32,000 bases of DNA from Alkanindiges illinoisensis DSM 15370 (GTDB lineage: Bacteria; Pseudomonadota; Gammaproteobacteria; Pseudomonadales; Moraxellaceae), in NCBI RefSeq assembly GCF_000619845.1, contig NZ_JHUX01000003.1, positions 1,030,064 to 1,062,063 on the forward strand, given 5' to 3'. The position numbers were made by a program, and so were the translations under genes. Below are positions 17,613 to 25,975 of this stretch, in pieces. The notes beneath the pieces were generated by a model. The model ran no database searches and was not told the origin of the DNA. It saw only the letters and a program-made list of their open reading frames with translations. Numbering within the stretch: the first letter of the stretch is position 1; every line of letters starts with the position of its first letter.

Positions 17613-19787
17613 ATGACGCGATTTTTTACTGCTCGCCTGCACTTTAGAAGTGCAATTTTATTTGGCCTTTTTTTTCTGCTTCCTGTCAGCAGTTATGCCA
17701 GCTTTGATAGCTATTGTACGCCAACCTGGTCATTGGAATTACAATCCTATAATCGGTGCAGCAATCTGCCTATGTTAAGCCCGGCTAATGATAATCAAAC
17801 CAATATGCGACTATTGATGGCGGATATGCGACTGGCAACCATCGCACCGCCCAAGCCTCCTGTCTCTAGCTGGACAGATGAGTACAGTGCAGTGCCTTTC
17901 GCTGCTGAAGACTTTAAAAATGCTATCAGCAATACCAGTCCTTCACAAAGAAAAAAGTCATCATCGCAAAAATCTAGTGATCGCTATATTGCCGAGGAGC
18001 GCTGTCAAAGTAGTGCGTCAGGTATGCGGGCATTCATTGAGCAAGTCAATGCTGATCGTGGTTTAAAGCCTGCTGAAAAATTACTATTGATAAAACAGCG
18101 GCAGGCCATTTTACCTTCCTGCGATAAAGCACTGGAATATATCAAGGTGATTCCAGAATGGAGTTCACTGGTCAAGCAATATATTTCCTATATCAACGGT
18201 TCAGTAGCTTTTTATAATAGCGACTACCCCACTGCACAAAAAATCTATACGGCCCTGAATTCAGTGCCCTCAGCATGGCTGAGTGAAACTGCAACTTATA
18301 TGCTGATTAGAACGTCGGTGAATCACGCGTATAGCAGTGGGCTGGATGAATATGGTTTTCAGTCGCTGGCTAAAATTGATAAAAATGCCATTGCAACCTC
18401 ATTTAATGCAATCGGTACTTATTTTAAGCGTTATCCGCAGGGTCAGTATGCTGCTTCAGCACGCGGCCTATTACGCCGTCTATATTGGATGGGCGGCCAG
18501 CAACAGCAGCTTATTGATGAATTTTTATGGCAGTTTAATCATTTACAGAAATCACAATTTAATCTGGAAATGCAGTGGGTGCCAGAAGAAATTGACCAGC
18601 GAATTTTTGAGAGCAAACTATTTAACCCTAGTAATCTCAAAGATCCATTTTTCTTAGCCACTTATGATCTCATGCATATGCGTGAAAGCAGTGCAGAAAA
18701 ATATAAGCCCTTAAGCTGGACTGCCCTGCAAGCGCAAAAAGACTATTTTAAGACTGCACCCGAGTTGTATCGATATTTACAGGCAGCTCACTTATTTTTG
18801 CTTCAGAAAAAACCACAACAGGCATTGGATTATTTACCTAAAGGGAATCCACCCGATCGTCTAAACTATTTGCAGCTTAGCCAGTTTGTTTTAAAAGGCC
18901 GAATTCTGGAGCATCTGAGCAAGTCTGATGAAGCCAATACACTCTGGACAGTATTGCTGGGTTCTGCCAAGTCACCTTATCAGCCCCAGTTGGTAGAGCT
19001 TGCGTTAGCATTGAATTTGCAAAATGGTCAGGATATTAATGCATTTTTTAAAACGGATAGTTTGATTAAAGATCCGGCTATCCGTGCTGTTATGATCAGG
19101 CAGGCTGCCAATGCTGAATTACTTGATTCAATCATTAATTCCTCTGCTACTTCGGCACAGGAAAAGCTCCTTGCCAGTTTTACCTTATTGCATAAAAGCC
19201 TGAATCATCAGCAATATAAGCTTTTTGTTGATTCGCTAAAATATTTGCCCAAAGATGCGTTCAATTACAAAGGCTATGACAGTGAAACTGAAGCCCTAAA
19301 GAATCAGCCGAAGTTTGAATTATTTTTATGGAAAGGCACTGCAATTAATGATCAGTTAAGTTGCCCATCTTTAATCAATATCAGTAAAACCCTGACAACC
19401 CAGCCACAGGATGAAGTTGCATTGCTTTGTCTAGGTGAATTTGTACGCCTTAGCAGCTTTAAAAGCGGTGAATACAATCTTGAACCCGAAATGCCAAATC
19501 AAAACACATCAAATCGCCTAGACTGGGCTTTGGGTAACGGACAGATACCTTTTGCCCAAGCCACTTTCTCACGCGGTGAGGTATATAAAAATATCATCCA
19601 GAATAGTGCCAATGACCACTTAAAAGCTTACGCCTTATACCGCGCCATCAACTGTTATGCTCCAGGCGGTATCAACGATTGCGCTGGAGTAGATGTTGAA
19701 AAGAGTCTGCGCAAGAAATGGTTTGAGCAACTCAAGCAAAACTATCCTGATAGTCAATGGGCCAAGGAGCTAACTTATTATTGGTAA
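17613..19787 (+). CDS. Secreted 724-aa protein of unknown function, predominantly helical/TPR-like, 8 cysteines
   Basis: Signal peptide AILFGLFFLLPVSSYA|S. Eight Cys arranged in N- and C-terminal groups. Segments such as YPQGQYAASARGLLRRLYW and YPDSQWAKE resemble TPR/BamD/YbgF-type helical repeats. No catalytic motif recognised. Confidence 0.7.
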   Translation: MTRFFTARLHFRSAILFGLFFLLPVSSYASFDSYCTPTWSLELQSYNRCSNLPMLSPANDNQTNMRLLMADMRLATIAPPKPPVSSWTDEYSAVPFAAEDFKNAISNTSPSQRKKSSSQKSSDRYIAEERCQSSASGMRAFIEQVNADRGLKPAEKLLLIKQRQAILPSCDKALEYIKVIPEWSSLVKQYISYINGSVAFYNSDYPTAQKIYTALNSVPSAWLSETATYMLIRTSVNHAYSSGLDEYGFQSLAKIDKNAIATSFNAIGTYFKRYPQGQYAASARGLLRRLYWMGGQQQQLIDEFLWQFNHLQKSQFNLEMQWVPEEIDQRIFESKLFNPSNLKDPFFLATYDLMHMRESSAEKYKPLSWTALQAQKDYFKTAPELYRYLQAAHLFLLQKKPQQALDYLPKGNPPDRLNYLQLSQFVLKGRILEHLSKSDEANTLWTVLLGSAKSPYQPQLVELALALNLQNGQDINAFFKTDSLIKDPAIRAVMIRQAANAELLDSIINSSATSAQEKLLASFTLLHKSLNHQQYKLFVDSLKYLPKDAFNYKGYDSETEALKNQPKFELFLWKGTAINDQLSCPSLINISKTLTTQPQDEVALLCLGEFVRLSSFKSGEYNLEPEMPNQNTSNRLDWALGNGQIPFAQATFSRGEVYKNIIQNSANDHLKAYALYRAINCYAPGGINDCAGVDVEKSLRKKWFEQLKQNYPDSQWAKELTYYW

Positions 19788-19791
19788 ATCC

Positions 19792-20544
19792 ATGCGTGGT
19801 CTTAAACCGTTTATTGTGCGTTTGGCAGTGCTGTTACTGAGTTTTTCCATAACAGCCTGTCAGCCAGATCCTGATAACTTAAACGAAAAAAAGGCGCAGG
19901 GAATAAATGCCCATCATTATCATAGTTTCTGGTTATGGGGAAATGTCAATCCAGCGCCCTATCTGGCCAATACTACCGAACTGTATCTTTTACAGGGTGA
20001 AGTCAGTTTTTCAAATGTGTTGCAACAGCCAACTTTTACGGCGCAGGGCATGGGGCTTACAACGATTAAACCAGCAAAAATCTGGCTGGTTTACCGTACC
20101 ACGACACTGCAATGGTCACCAGAACTCATACAGGCCATAATCCGACGGCTTGATAGCTGGCAGCGCTACGGTAATCAGGTAATCGGCTTACAAATAGATT
20201 TTGATTCAGCAACTGGCCAACTAGAACAATATGCTAAATTTCTGCAAAGCATTCGGCAGCAGCTTCCTAGCCAATACCAGCTCAGTGCCACCGGTTTGCT
20301 GGACTGGAGTAATGCCAGCGCTAATACAATCTTAAGTCTGGGTCATGTGCTCAATGAGATTGTCATTCAAACTTATCAGGGTACACGCACAATAAATAAT
20401 TACCGCGCATATTTGCCTGCGCTGGGTCGCCTGAATATTCCCTTTAAAATCGGGCTGGTTCAGCATGGCCAGTGGGTTGCAGATCCCACAATTGAAAAAA
20501 ACCCGTACTTTAAAGGCTACGTGGTGTTTTTACTCAAGGAATAA
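19792..20544 (+). CDS. Lipoprotein of unknown function (I vaguely recall a DUF3142-like family; unverified)
   Basis: Lipobox LSFSITAC with the Cys at residue 23. Starts 4 nt after the preceding stop. Alternating hydrophobic-strand/helix pattern (LQIDFDS, VIQTYQG), possibly barrel-like. Confidence 0.7.
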   Translation: MRGLKPFIVRLAVLLLSFSITACQPDPDNLNEKKAQGINAHHYHSFWLWGNVNPAPYLANTTELYLLQGEVSFSNVLQQPTFTAQGMGLTTIKPAKIWLVYRTTTLQWSPELIQAIIRRLDSWQRYGNQVIGLQIDFDSATGQLEQYAKFLQSIRQQLPSQYQLSATGLLDWSNASANTILSLGHVLNEIVIQTYQGTRTINNYRAYLPALGRLNIPFKIGLVQHGQWVADPTIEKNPYFKGYVVFLLKE

Positions 20545-20557
20545 GCTAATTATTTCC

Positions 20558-20585
20558 TTGTATATTTTCAGGTTTTCTATACAAT
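20558..20585 (+). promoter_or_regulatory. Candidate sigma70 promoter of rpsF-rpsR-rplI
   Basis: TTGTAT (20558-20563), 16-nt spacer, TACAAT (20580-20585), about 100 nt upstream of the rpsF ATG. Sequence match only. Confidence 0.35.
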
Positions 20586-20683
20586 AACGCACTGCTTTAT
20601 AGCACGCGAAAATAATTTTTTTCGTGTTACTCCTTGCCATTGATGTTGGAATCAGTGGCTGTCTAAACCGTAAGGAGCTTAAT

Positions 20684-21085
20684 ATGCGTCATTACGAAAT
20701 CGTGCTGTTGGTTCATCCAGACCAGAGCGACCAGGTTGTTGGGATGGTTGAACGCTATCTCACTCAAATTAAAGAAGCTGGCGGTCAGATTCACCGTCTT
20801 GAAGACTGGGGCCGCCGTCAACTGGCTTACCCAATCAACAAAATCCATAAAGCGCACTACATTCTGATGAACGTTGAATGTGGTCAGCAGACTCTGGATG
20901 AGCTTGAAGAATTGTTCCGTTATAACGATGCGATCATCCGTAACCTGATCATCCGTCGTGAAAAGGCAATTACTGAAGAATCATTGCTGGCCAAGAGCGC
21001 TGAAGAAAAACGCGCCCGTAAGGCTCAACGTAATGATGATGGTCAGTCTAACGACCAAGATCAAAACCAAGCTGCTGAAGCATAA
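20684..21085 (+). CDS. rpsF: 30S ribosomal protein S6
   Basis: [15 protein letters not shown] is the canonical S6 N-terminus. TAAGGAG RBS 6 nt upstream. The listed ORF start at 20624 is an upstream in-frame extension. Confidence 0.96.
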   Translation: MRHYEIVLLVHPDQSDQVVGMVERYLTQIKEAGGQIHRLEDWGRRQLAYPINKIHKAHYILMNVECGQQTLDELEELFRYNDAIIRNLIIRREKAITEESLLAKSAEEKRARKAQRNDDGQSNDQDQNQAAEA

Positions 21086-21096
21086 GGAGAACCTAC

Positions 21097-21324
21097 ATGG
21101 CACGTTTCTATCGTCGTCGCAAGTTCTGCCGCTTCACTGCTGAGAACGTTGCATATATCGACTACAAAGACATCGATACCTTAAAACAGTACGTTACTGA
21201 AAACGGCAAGATTGTTCCTAGCCGTATCACCGGTACGAAGGCTCGTTATCAACGTCAGTTGGCGCTTGCAATCAAGCAGGCTCGCTATCTGGCTTTGATC
21301 CCTTACACTGACAATCATAAGTGA
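21097..21324 (+). CDS. rpsR: 30S ribosomal protein S18
   Basis: [18 protein letters not shown]...[21 protein letters not shown] is canonical S18. AAGGAGA RBS. Confidence 0.97.
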   Translation: MARFYRRRKFCRFTAENVAYIDYKDIDTLKQYVTENGKIVPSRITGTKARYQRQLALAIKQARYLALIPYTDNHK

Positions 21325-21332
21325 GGTGATCT

Positions 21333-21779
21333 GTGGACGTTATTCTGTTACAACGCATTAAAAACCTGGGTAAGCTGGGCGACAAAGTATCTGTTAAAGC
21401 AGGTTATGGTCGTAACTTCCTGATTCCTCAAGGTAAAGCTGTTTCTGCTACCGAAGCTAACACTGCTGCTTTTGAAGCGCGTCGTGCTGAGCTGGAAAAG
21501 CAGGAAGCTGAAGTATTGTCTTCTGCACAAAGCCGTGCTGACAAACTGAACGAAGTAAATGTTGTGATCACTGCTAAAGCTGGTGATGAAGGCAAACTGT
21601 TCGGTTCTATCGGTACTCGTGACATTGCTGATGCCCTGACTGCTTCTGGCATTGAAGTTGACCGCGCTGAAGTACGCCTGCCTAACGGTGCGCTGCGTCA
21701 CACTGGTGAGTTCAATGTTGCGGTACAACTGCATCATGATGTTACTGCTGAAGTTCTGGTAACGATTGTTTCTGAATAA
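21333..21779 (+). CDS. rplI: 50S ribosomal protein L9
   Basis: GTG start. [36 protein letters not shown] is canonical L9. Confidence 0.96.
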   Translation: MDVILLQRIKNLGKLGDKVSVKAGYGRNFLIPQGKAVSATEANTAAFEARRAELEKQEAEVLSSAQSRADKLNEVNVVITAKAGDEGKLFGSIGTRDIADALTASGIEVDRAEVRLPNGALRHTGEFNVAVQLHHDVTAEVLVTIVSE

Positions 21780-21831
21780 TCGTCACTGAATGATCAGTAT
21801 GCTAAATAATTCTATATAGAATCATTTGGTT

Positions 21832-21860
21832 AAAAGCATGCTTTCGGGCATGCTTTTTTT
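21832..21860 (+). terminator. Rho-independent terminator of the rpsF-rpsR-rplI operon
   Basis: AAAAGCATGC (21832-21841), loop TTTCGG, GCATGCTTTT (21848-21857). This is a perfect 10-bp stem running into a T-tract through 21860. Confidence 0.85.
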
Positions 21861-21997
21861 ATATCAAAAAAATGTCTTTATTTTTCAGCATCTCGTTCTG
21901 ATATTTAGTCAACTGCCGTTTAAAACAGCACACCACCTGCCCGATTTTTGCTTTAATAAGCACACGGATTTGGGTTTAATTATTTGGGATATTCACT

Positions 21998-23449
21998 ATG
22001 ACTTTGTCCTCTGCTCTTGACGCTACGGCGACGAACAAACCAAGCGACGGCAACATTGTGCATATGCTTCCCAATGGTCGTGAAGTACGTGTCCCGCCAC
22101 ACAACCTGTCAATGGAGCAAGCGGTATTGGCAGCGTTAATGACCATTTCCGAATCCTGGGACAGTATCAGTGATTTATTGCATGAAAATGACTTTTACGC
22201 AGTACGCCACCGCCTGATTTTTCGCGCCATTAGCCATCTGGCTGGCACCAACATGCCTTACGATGCCGTACTGGTGAATGACTGGCTCTCCAAGAACCAT
22301 CAACTGGAAGAAAGCGGTGGTGAAGCCTACCTGATGCAATTGCTGGCAGAAAGCCCGGCCAGTTTGTATAACCTGACTGCCTATGCTGAAAAAGTGAAAG
22401 AGCTGTCTGCACTGCGTGAGCTAATCAAAGCGGGTAATGACCTGCTGCAAACCGCCTATGATTCCAAGGGCAAATCTGTTACTGATATTCTGGATAGTAC
22501 CGAAAGCCGGATTTTTGCTATTAGCGAGCAGCATAATAACCGTAATAAGGAAACTGGCCCGCAACCGCTGGTAGGTGTATTAAAAACTGTGCTGCATAAG
22601 GTTGAAGAATTACAAAAAAATGATAGCCCGATTACTGGCTTATCGACAGGTTTTATTGAACTCGATAACAAGACCTTTGGCATGCAAGCCGGTGACCTCA
22701 TCATTGTGGCAGCGCGTCCCAGTATGGGTAAAACTACTTTTGCCATGAATCTGGTTGAAAGTGTACTGTTTAATGCCGACTTGCCAGCCTTGGTGTTTTC
22801 CATGGAAATGCCAGCAGATTCGATTGCAACCCGTCTGATTTCATCATTTGGCCGTATTCATCAGGGGCGCTTGCGCTCAGGACGACTGGAAGAAGGTGAC
22901 TGGGTCAAGTTTTCCAGCACGCTCATGCAGTTGCAGAGCAAGTATTTATATATTGACGATTCATCTGCTCTGCCTCCCAATGAACTACGCTCACGCGCGC
23001 GCCGGGTAGCCAAAAACCACGGTGGCAAGCTGGGCTGCATCATGGTCGACTATTTGCAACTAATGAAAGTGCCTGGCATGGGTGATAATCGTGTGGGCGA
23101 GATTTCGGAAATTTCGCGCAGCTTAAAAGCACTGGCCAAGGAAATGAATTGCCCGGTCATTGCCCTGTCCCAGCTTAACCGAAGCCTTGAGAACCGTCCA
23201 AACAAACGCCCGATTATGTCTGACTTGCGCGAATCTGGAGCTATTGAGCAGGACGCCGACCTGATCATGTTTATTTATCGGGATGAAGTATATAACAAGG
23301 AATCCAAGGAAGCCGGGACTGCCGAGATTATTATTGGTAAGCAGCGTAACGGCCCCATTGGTACAGTTCGCCTTGCCTTTGAAGGTCAGTTTACCAAGTT
23401 TGAAAATTTAAGCCCTGAATATTATCGTAATGCCGATGATGATGAATAA
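21998..23449 (+). CDS. dnaB: Replicative DNA helicase DnaB
   Basis: VPPHNLSMEQAVLAALM N-terminal domain. Walker A ARPSMGKTTF. DnaB motifs IMVDYLQLM, ALSQLNRSLE and IIGKQRNGP. Confidence 0.96.
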   Translation: MTLSSALDATATNKPSDGNIVHMLPNGREVRVPPHNLSMEQAVLAALMTISESWDSISDLLHENDFYAVRHRLIFRAISHLAGTNMPYDAVLVNDWLSKNHQLEESGGEAYLMQLLAESPASLYNLTAYAEKVKELSALRELIKAGNDLLQTAYDSKGKSVTDILDSTESRIFAISEQHNNRNKETGPQPLVGVLKTVLHKVEELQKNDSPITGLSTGFIELDNKTFGMQAGDLIIVAARPSMGKTTFAMNLVESVLFNADLPALVFSMEMPADSIATRLISSFGRIHQGRLRSGRLEEGDWVKFSSTLMQLQSKYLYIDDSSALPPNELRSRARRVAKNHGGKLGCIMVDYLQLMKVPGMGDNRVGEISEISRSLKALAKEMNCPVIALSQLNRSLENRPNKRPIMSDLRESGAIEQDADLIMFIYRDEVYNKESKEAGTAEIIIGKQRNGPIGTVRLAFEGQFTKFENLSPEYYRNADDDE

Positions 23450-23467
23450 AAAGAATGATCAACAGTA

Positions 23468-24583
23468 ATGAATGATCCTGCCTTGATGATGCATACGGTG
23501 ATAAAACGCCAGCCCAGAGTGGAACTTAGCACCTCTGCCCTACAACATAATCTCAAGCGTGTGCGTGAGCTTGCACCACAAAGTAAAGTCGTCTGCATGG
23601 TCAAGGCCGATGCTTATGGTCATGGCATTGAATTCGCCTTAAATGCCTTGCAGGATACTGATGCATTTGGTGTGGCCTGCATTGAGGAAGCACGACAAAT
23701 CCGGCAATTGGGCTGTTCACAGCTCGTTACACTGATTGAAGGGGTGTTTAGCCCGGCTGAATGGCTGGAAGCCAGCCAGCTACAGTTTGAATGCGTAGTA
23801 CACCAGCAGCAGCAAGTGGACTGGGCATTAGCGCATCCAGAAATTTATCAGCAAAATAACCTGAAAATCTGGCTTAAATTAAATAGTGGCATGAACCGCT
23901 TAGGGTTACAACCCGATGAGCTACTAAAAGCTGCGCATCAATTGCGTGCAGCCGGATTTGAATTAGTCCTGACCATGCATTTTGCCAATGCCGATGTACC
24001 AGAACATCCGTTAAATCAGCAACAGATCCAGACTTTTTTACATTTAAGACAGCAACTGGAACCCATTGAAGCGTCTTGCTGTAATTCGGCTGCCATTTTT
24101 AACTGGCCAGAACTGCATTTTGATTACGTCCGTCCTGGCATTATGCTGTACGGCGCATCGCCCTATGACTATATCAGTGCAGCCAAGCTTGATTTACGTC
24201 CGGTCATGCATCTTAAAAGTAATTTGATTGCCATCCAACATGTGAATGCTGACCAGGTCATTGGCTATGGCTCACGTTTTACCACAACCCGTCCTACCCG
24301 CTTGGGAATTGTGGCAATGGGTTATGGTGATGGTTATCCACGGGCTTTAAGCCACGGCGCTTATGTGAGCATTCAGGGCCATGAAGCGCCACTCTTAGGT
24401 CGTGTAAGTATGGACTTATTGGCAGTAGATTTAACCGATTTGCCGAGCACTATTGATATTGGTGCCGAGGTGACTTTATGGGGCGATAATCCAACGGTTG
24501 ACTTGATTGCCCAGTACAATAATACCATTGGCTATGAGTTGCTGTGTCGTTTAACGAACAGGCCTAAGCGTATAATATTTTAA
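23468..24583 (+). CDS. alr: Alanine racemase (PLP-dependent)
   Basis: VKADAYGHG PLP-lysine motif. YGDGYPR and GRVSMD motifs. The dnaB-alr adjacency is common in gammaproteobacteria. The start could instead be Met7 or Met8 (23486/23489). Confidence 0.92.
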   Translation: MNDPALMMHTVIKRQPRVELSTSALQHNLKRVRELAPQSKVVCMVKADAYGHGIEFALNALQDTDAFGVACIEEARQIRQLGCSQLVTLIEGVFSPAEWLEASQLQFECVVHQQQQVDWALAHPEIYQQNNLKIWLKLNSGMNRLGLQPDELLKAAHQLRAAGFELVLTMHFANADVPEHPLNQQQIQTFLHLRQQLEPIEASCCNSAAIFNWPELHFDYVRPGIMLYGASPYDYISAAKLDLRPVMHLKSNLIAIQHVNADQVIGYGSRFTTTRPTRLGIVAMGYGDGYPRALSHGAYVSIQGHEAPLLGRVSMDLLAVDLTDLPSTIDIGAEVTLWGDNPTVDLIAQYNNTIGYELLCRLTNRPKRIIF

Positions 24584-24588
24584 ATGAA
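24580..24588 (+). repeat. Left copy of the 9-bp direct repeat TTAAATGAA flanking the AT-rich orphan gene
   Basis: An identical 9-mer occurs at 24580-24588 and 25060-25068, exactly 480 bp apart. That equals the ORF length including its stop. Confidence 0.8.
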
Positions 24589-25063
24589 GCTTATTCCTTA
24601 TTTTGTATATAAAAAAATATCTGATAGACGCAGAGATGAAATTATTCAGTTTCTTAAGTCTAACAGTACAGCTGATGATTACTCATTATTTACTCATCAA
24701 AAAACAAATAATCTTCTTATTTCAAGAATGATAACAGATAATAATTTTATCGTTCGGCGAAATATAAATTATAGAAATTCTTTTTTACCTATAGCACTTG
24801 GCAGAATTATAGAGATCAATAACAAAACCTATATTAATATCTCAGTAAGAATGCATTGGCTTATAATTATCTTCTCAACAATATGGTTTACCCCTTTATT
24901 CTTTGCTTTTATTGCACTTTTATATATTGATACTGTTTCTATAGAATTTATATTAGGTGTATTTGGCTTAATTATTGGGGGATATTTACTTATACAAGTA
25001 TCGTTCTGGTTTGAAGCTCAAAAATTAATTAAAATATTTGATAAAATTTTTTCTGATAATTAA
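24584..25063 (+). CDS. Hypothetical 159-aa protein with a soluble N-terminal half and two C-terminal TM helices; strongly AT-rich orphan gene
   Basis: The ATG abuts the alr stop (TAAATG). N/K/I-rich composition. TM segments WLIIIFSTIWFTPLFFAFIALLYI and FILGVFGLIIGGYLLIQVSFWF. I counted 15/60 G+C in both nt 24601-24660 and 24781-24840, against 32/60 in alr nt 24301-24360. Confidence 0.6.
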   Translation: MKLIPYFVYKKISDRRRDEIIQFLKSNSTADDYSLFTHQKTNNLLISRMITDNNFIVRRNINYRNSFLPIALGRIIEINNKTYINISVRMHWLIIIFSTIWFTPLFFAFIALLYIDTVSIEFILGVFGLIIGGYLLIQVSFWFEAQKLIKIFDKIFSDN

Positions 25064-25068
25064 ATGAA
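25060..25068 (+). repeat. Right copy of the 9-bp direct repeat TTAAATGAA
   Basis: See the left copy. This one spans the orphan gene stop codon TAA (25061-25063). Confidence 0.8.
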
Positions 25069-25080
25069 TTTCAACTACAA

Positions 25081-25115
25081 AGCTAGTGCCTGGCAAGAGC
25101 TTTAGGCACATAGCT
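25081..25115. terminator. Hairpin between convergent genes (possible bidirectional terminator)
   Basis: AGCTAGTGCCT (25081-25091) pairs with AGGCAC-A-TAGCT (25104-25115). That gives 11 bp with one bulged A and a 12-nt loop. T-rich sequence follows on both strands but there is no clean U-tract. Confidence 0.4.
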
Positions 25116-25153
25116 TGTTATTAAAATTGGATAACCAAAATCAATAATTTAGG

Positions 25154-25891
25154 TCAACGCCAATAATCATCCGGTGGCTGTGGCAGATTGCTCATGGTAC
25201 TACGCAAACCATCTGACCATTGCTGACGAATCATAGAAAAATACGGGTCATTATCGTACAGGCGGCGCCCTTCCGGTAAATTAAACTGATTGGCACGATA
25301 TACAATCAGATCCAGCGGTGTTCCGACAGACACGTTGGAACGAATGGTGGAATCAAATGAAATCAGCGCACAACGCAAGGCTTTATCCAGTGGCGTATGA
25401 TAATTTAATGCACGATCCAGAATCGGCTTACCATACTTACTTTCACCAATCTGAAAATATGGCGTGTCCATAGTGGCTGCAATAAAGTTGCCTTGCGGAT
25501 AAATACTATAAAGCTCTGGCGGCTCGCCCTTGATTTGCCCACCAATTAAAATGGAACTGGAAAAATCATATTCATTGCTTTGTGCCAGACCAGTGACATG
25601 CTGGATTTCATGCGCCATGCACTCTCCAACAATTTCAGCAGCTTCAAACAGGGTACTGACATTGTGCAGATTACGCTCGGCATTGGATTGAATCTGATGC
25701 TGTAACCGGGTAATTACCGCTTGCGAGGTTGCAAGATTCCCGGCTGTTTGCAGCACAATGATTCGTTCACCCCTGACCCCAAAACGGTGCAGCTTGCGAA
25801 ATATTGCAATATGGTCTACCCCGGCATTAGTACGTGAATCACTGACAAATACCAGCCCTTCCTCAAGTCGCATTGCTACACAATAGGTCAT
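25154..25891 (-). CDS. Anbu (ancestral beta-subunit) proteasome-like Ntn hydrolase
   Basis: MTYCVAMRLEEGLVFVSDSRTNAG places Thr directly after the initiator Met, as expected for an N-terminal nucleophile. Size is ~245 aa. It is the last gene of the ATP-grasp/alpha-E/transglutaminase operon that defines Anbu loci. Confidence 0.88.
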   Translation of the reverse strand: MTYCVAMRLEEGLVFVSDSRTNAGVDHIAIFRKLHRFGVRGERIIVLQTAGNLATSQAVITRLQHQIQSNAERNLHNVSTLFEAAEIVGECMAHEIQHVTGLAQSNEYDFSSSILIGGQIKGEPPELYSIYPQGNFIAATMDTPYFQIGESKYGKPILDRALNYHTPLDKALRCALISFDSTIRSNVSVGTPLDLIVYRANQFNLPEGRRLYDNDPYFSMIRQQWSDGLRSTMSNLPQPPDDYWR

Positions 25892-25975
25892 AACTCTTCC
25901 TGTATAAATTTGAGGAGTAAACTAACAAATTACTCTCTACTTTTCCAGTTGAACCCATCTCGTTAAAAAAGCGCC

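Noticed and set aside
20535-20560. A weak hairpin CAAGGAA...TTCCTTG overlapping the stop codon of the lipoprotein gene, considered as a possible terminator.
   Set aside because: It has only a 7-bp stem with a 12-nt loop and no clean U-tract. It also overlaps the candidate rpsF -35 region. The support is too weak to call.
20624-20683. A 20-codon N-terminal extension of the rpsF ORF ([20 protein letters not shown]).
   Set aside because: The canonical S6 N-terminus MRHYEIV begins at 20684, with a TAAGGAG RBS just upstream. The extension covers the leader and RBS.
21086-21096. No priB gene lies between rpsF and rpsR, unlike the E. coli rpsF-priB-rpsR-rplI arrangement.
   Set aside because: To my knowledge, the rpsF-rpsR-rplI arrangement without priB is normal outside Enterobacteria-like lineages. 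It is not an anomaly of this window.
21826-22020. A 64-aa ORF spanning the rplI terminator and the dnaB upstream region.
   Set aside because: It starts inside the terminator hairpin, is T-rich and Phe/Leu-rich, and overlaps the dnaB start. It is most likely non-coding promoter DNA.
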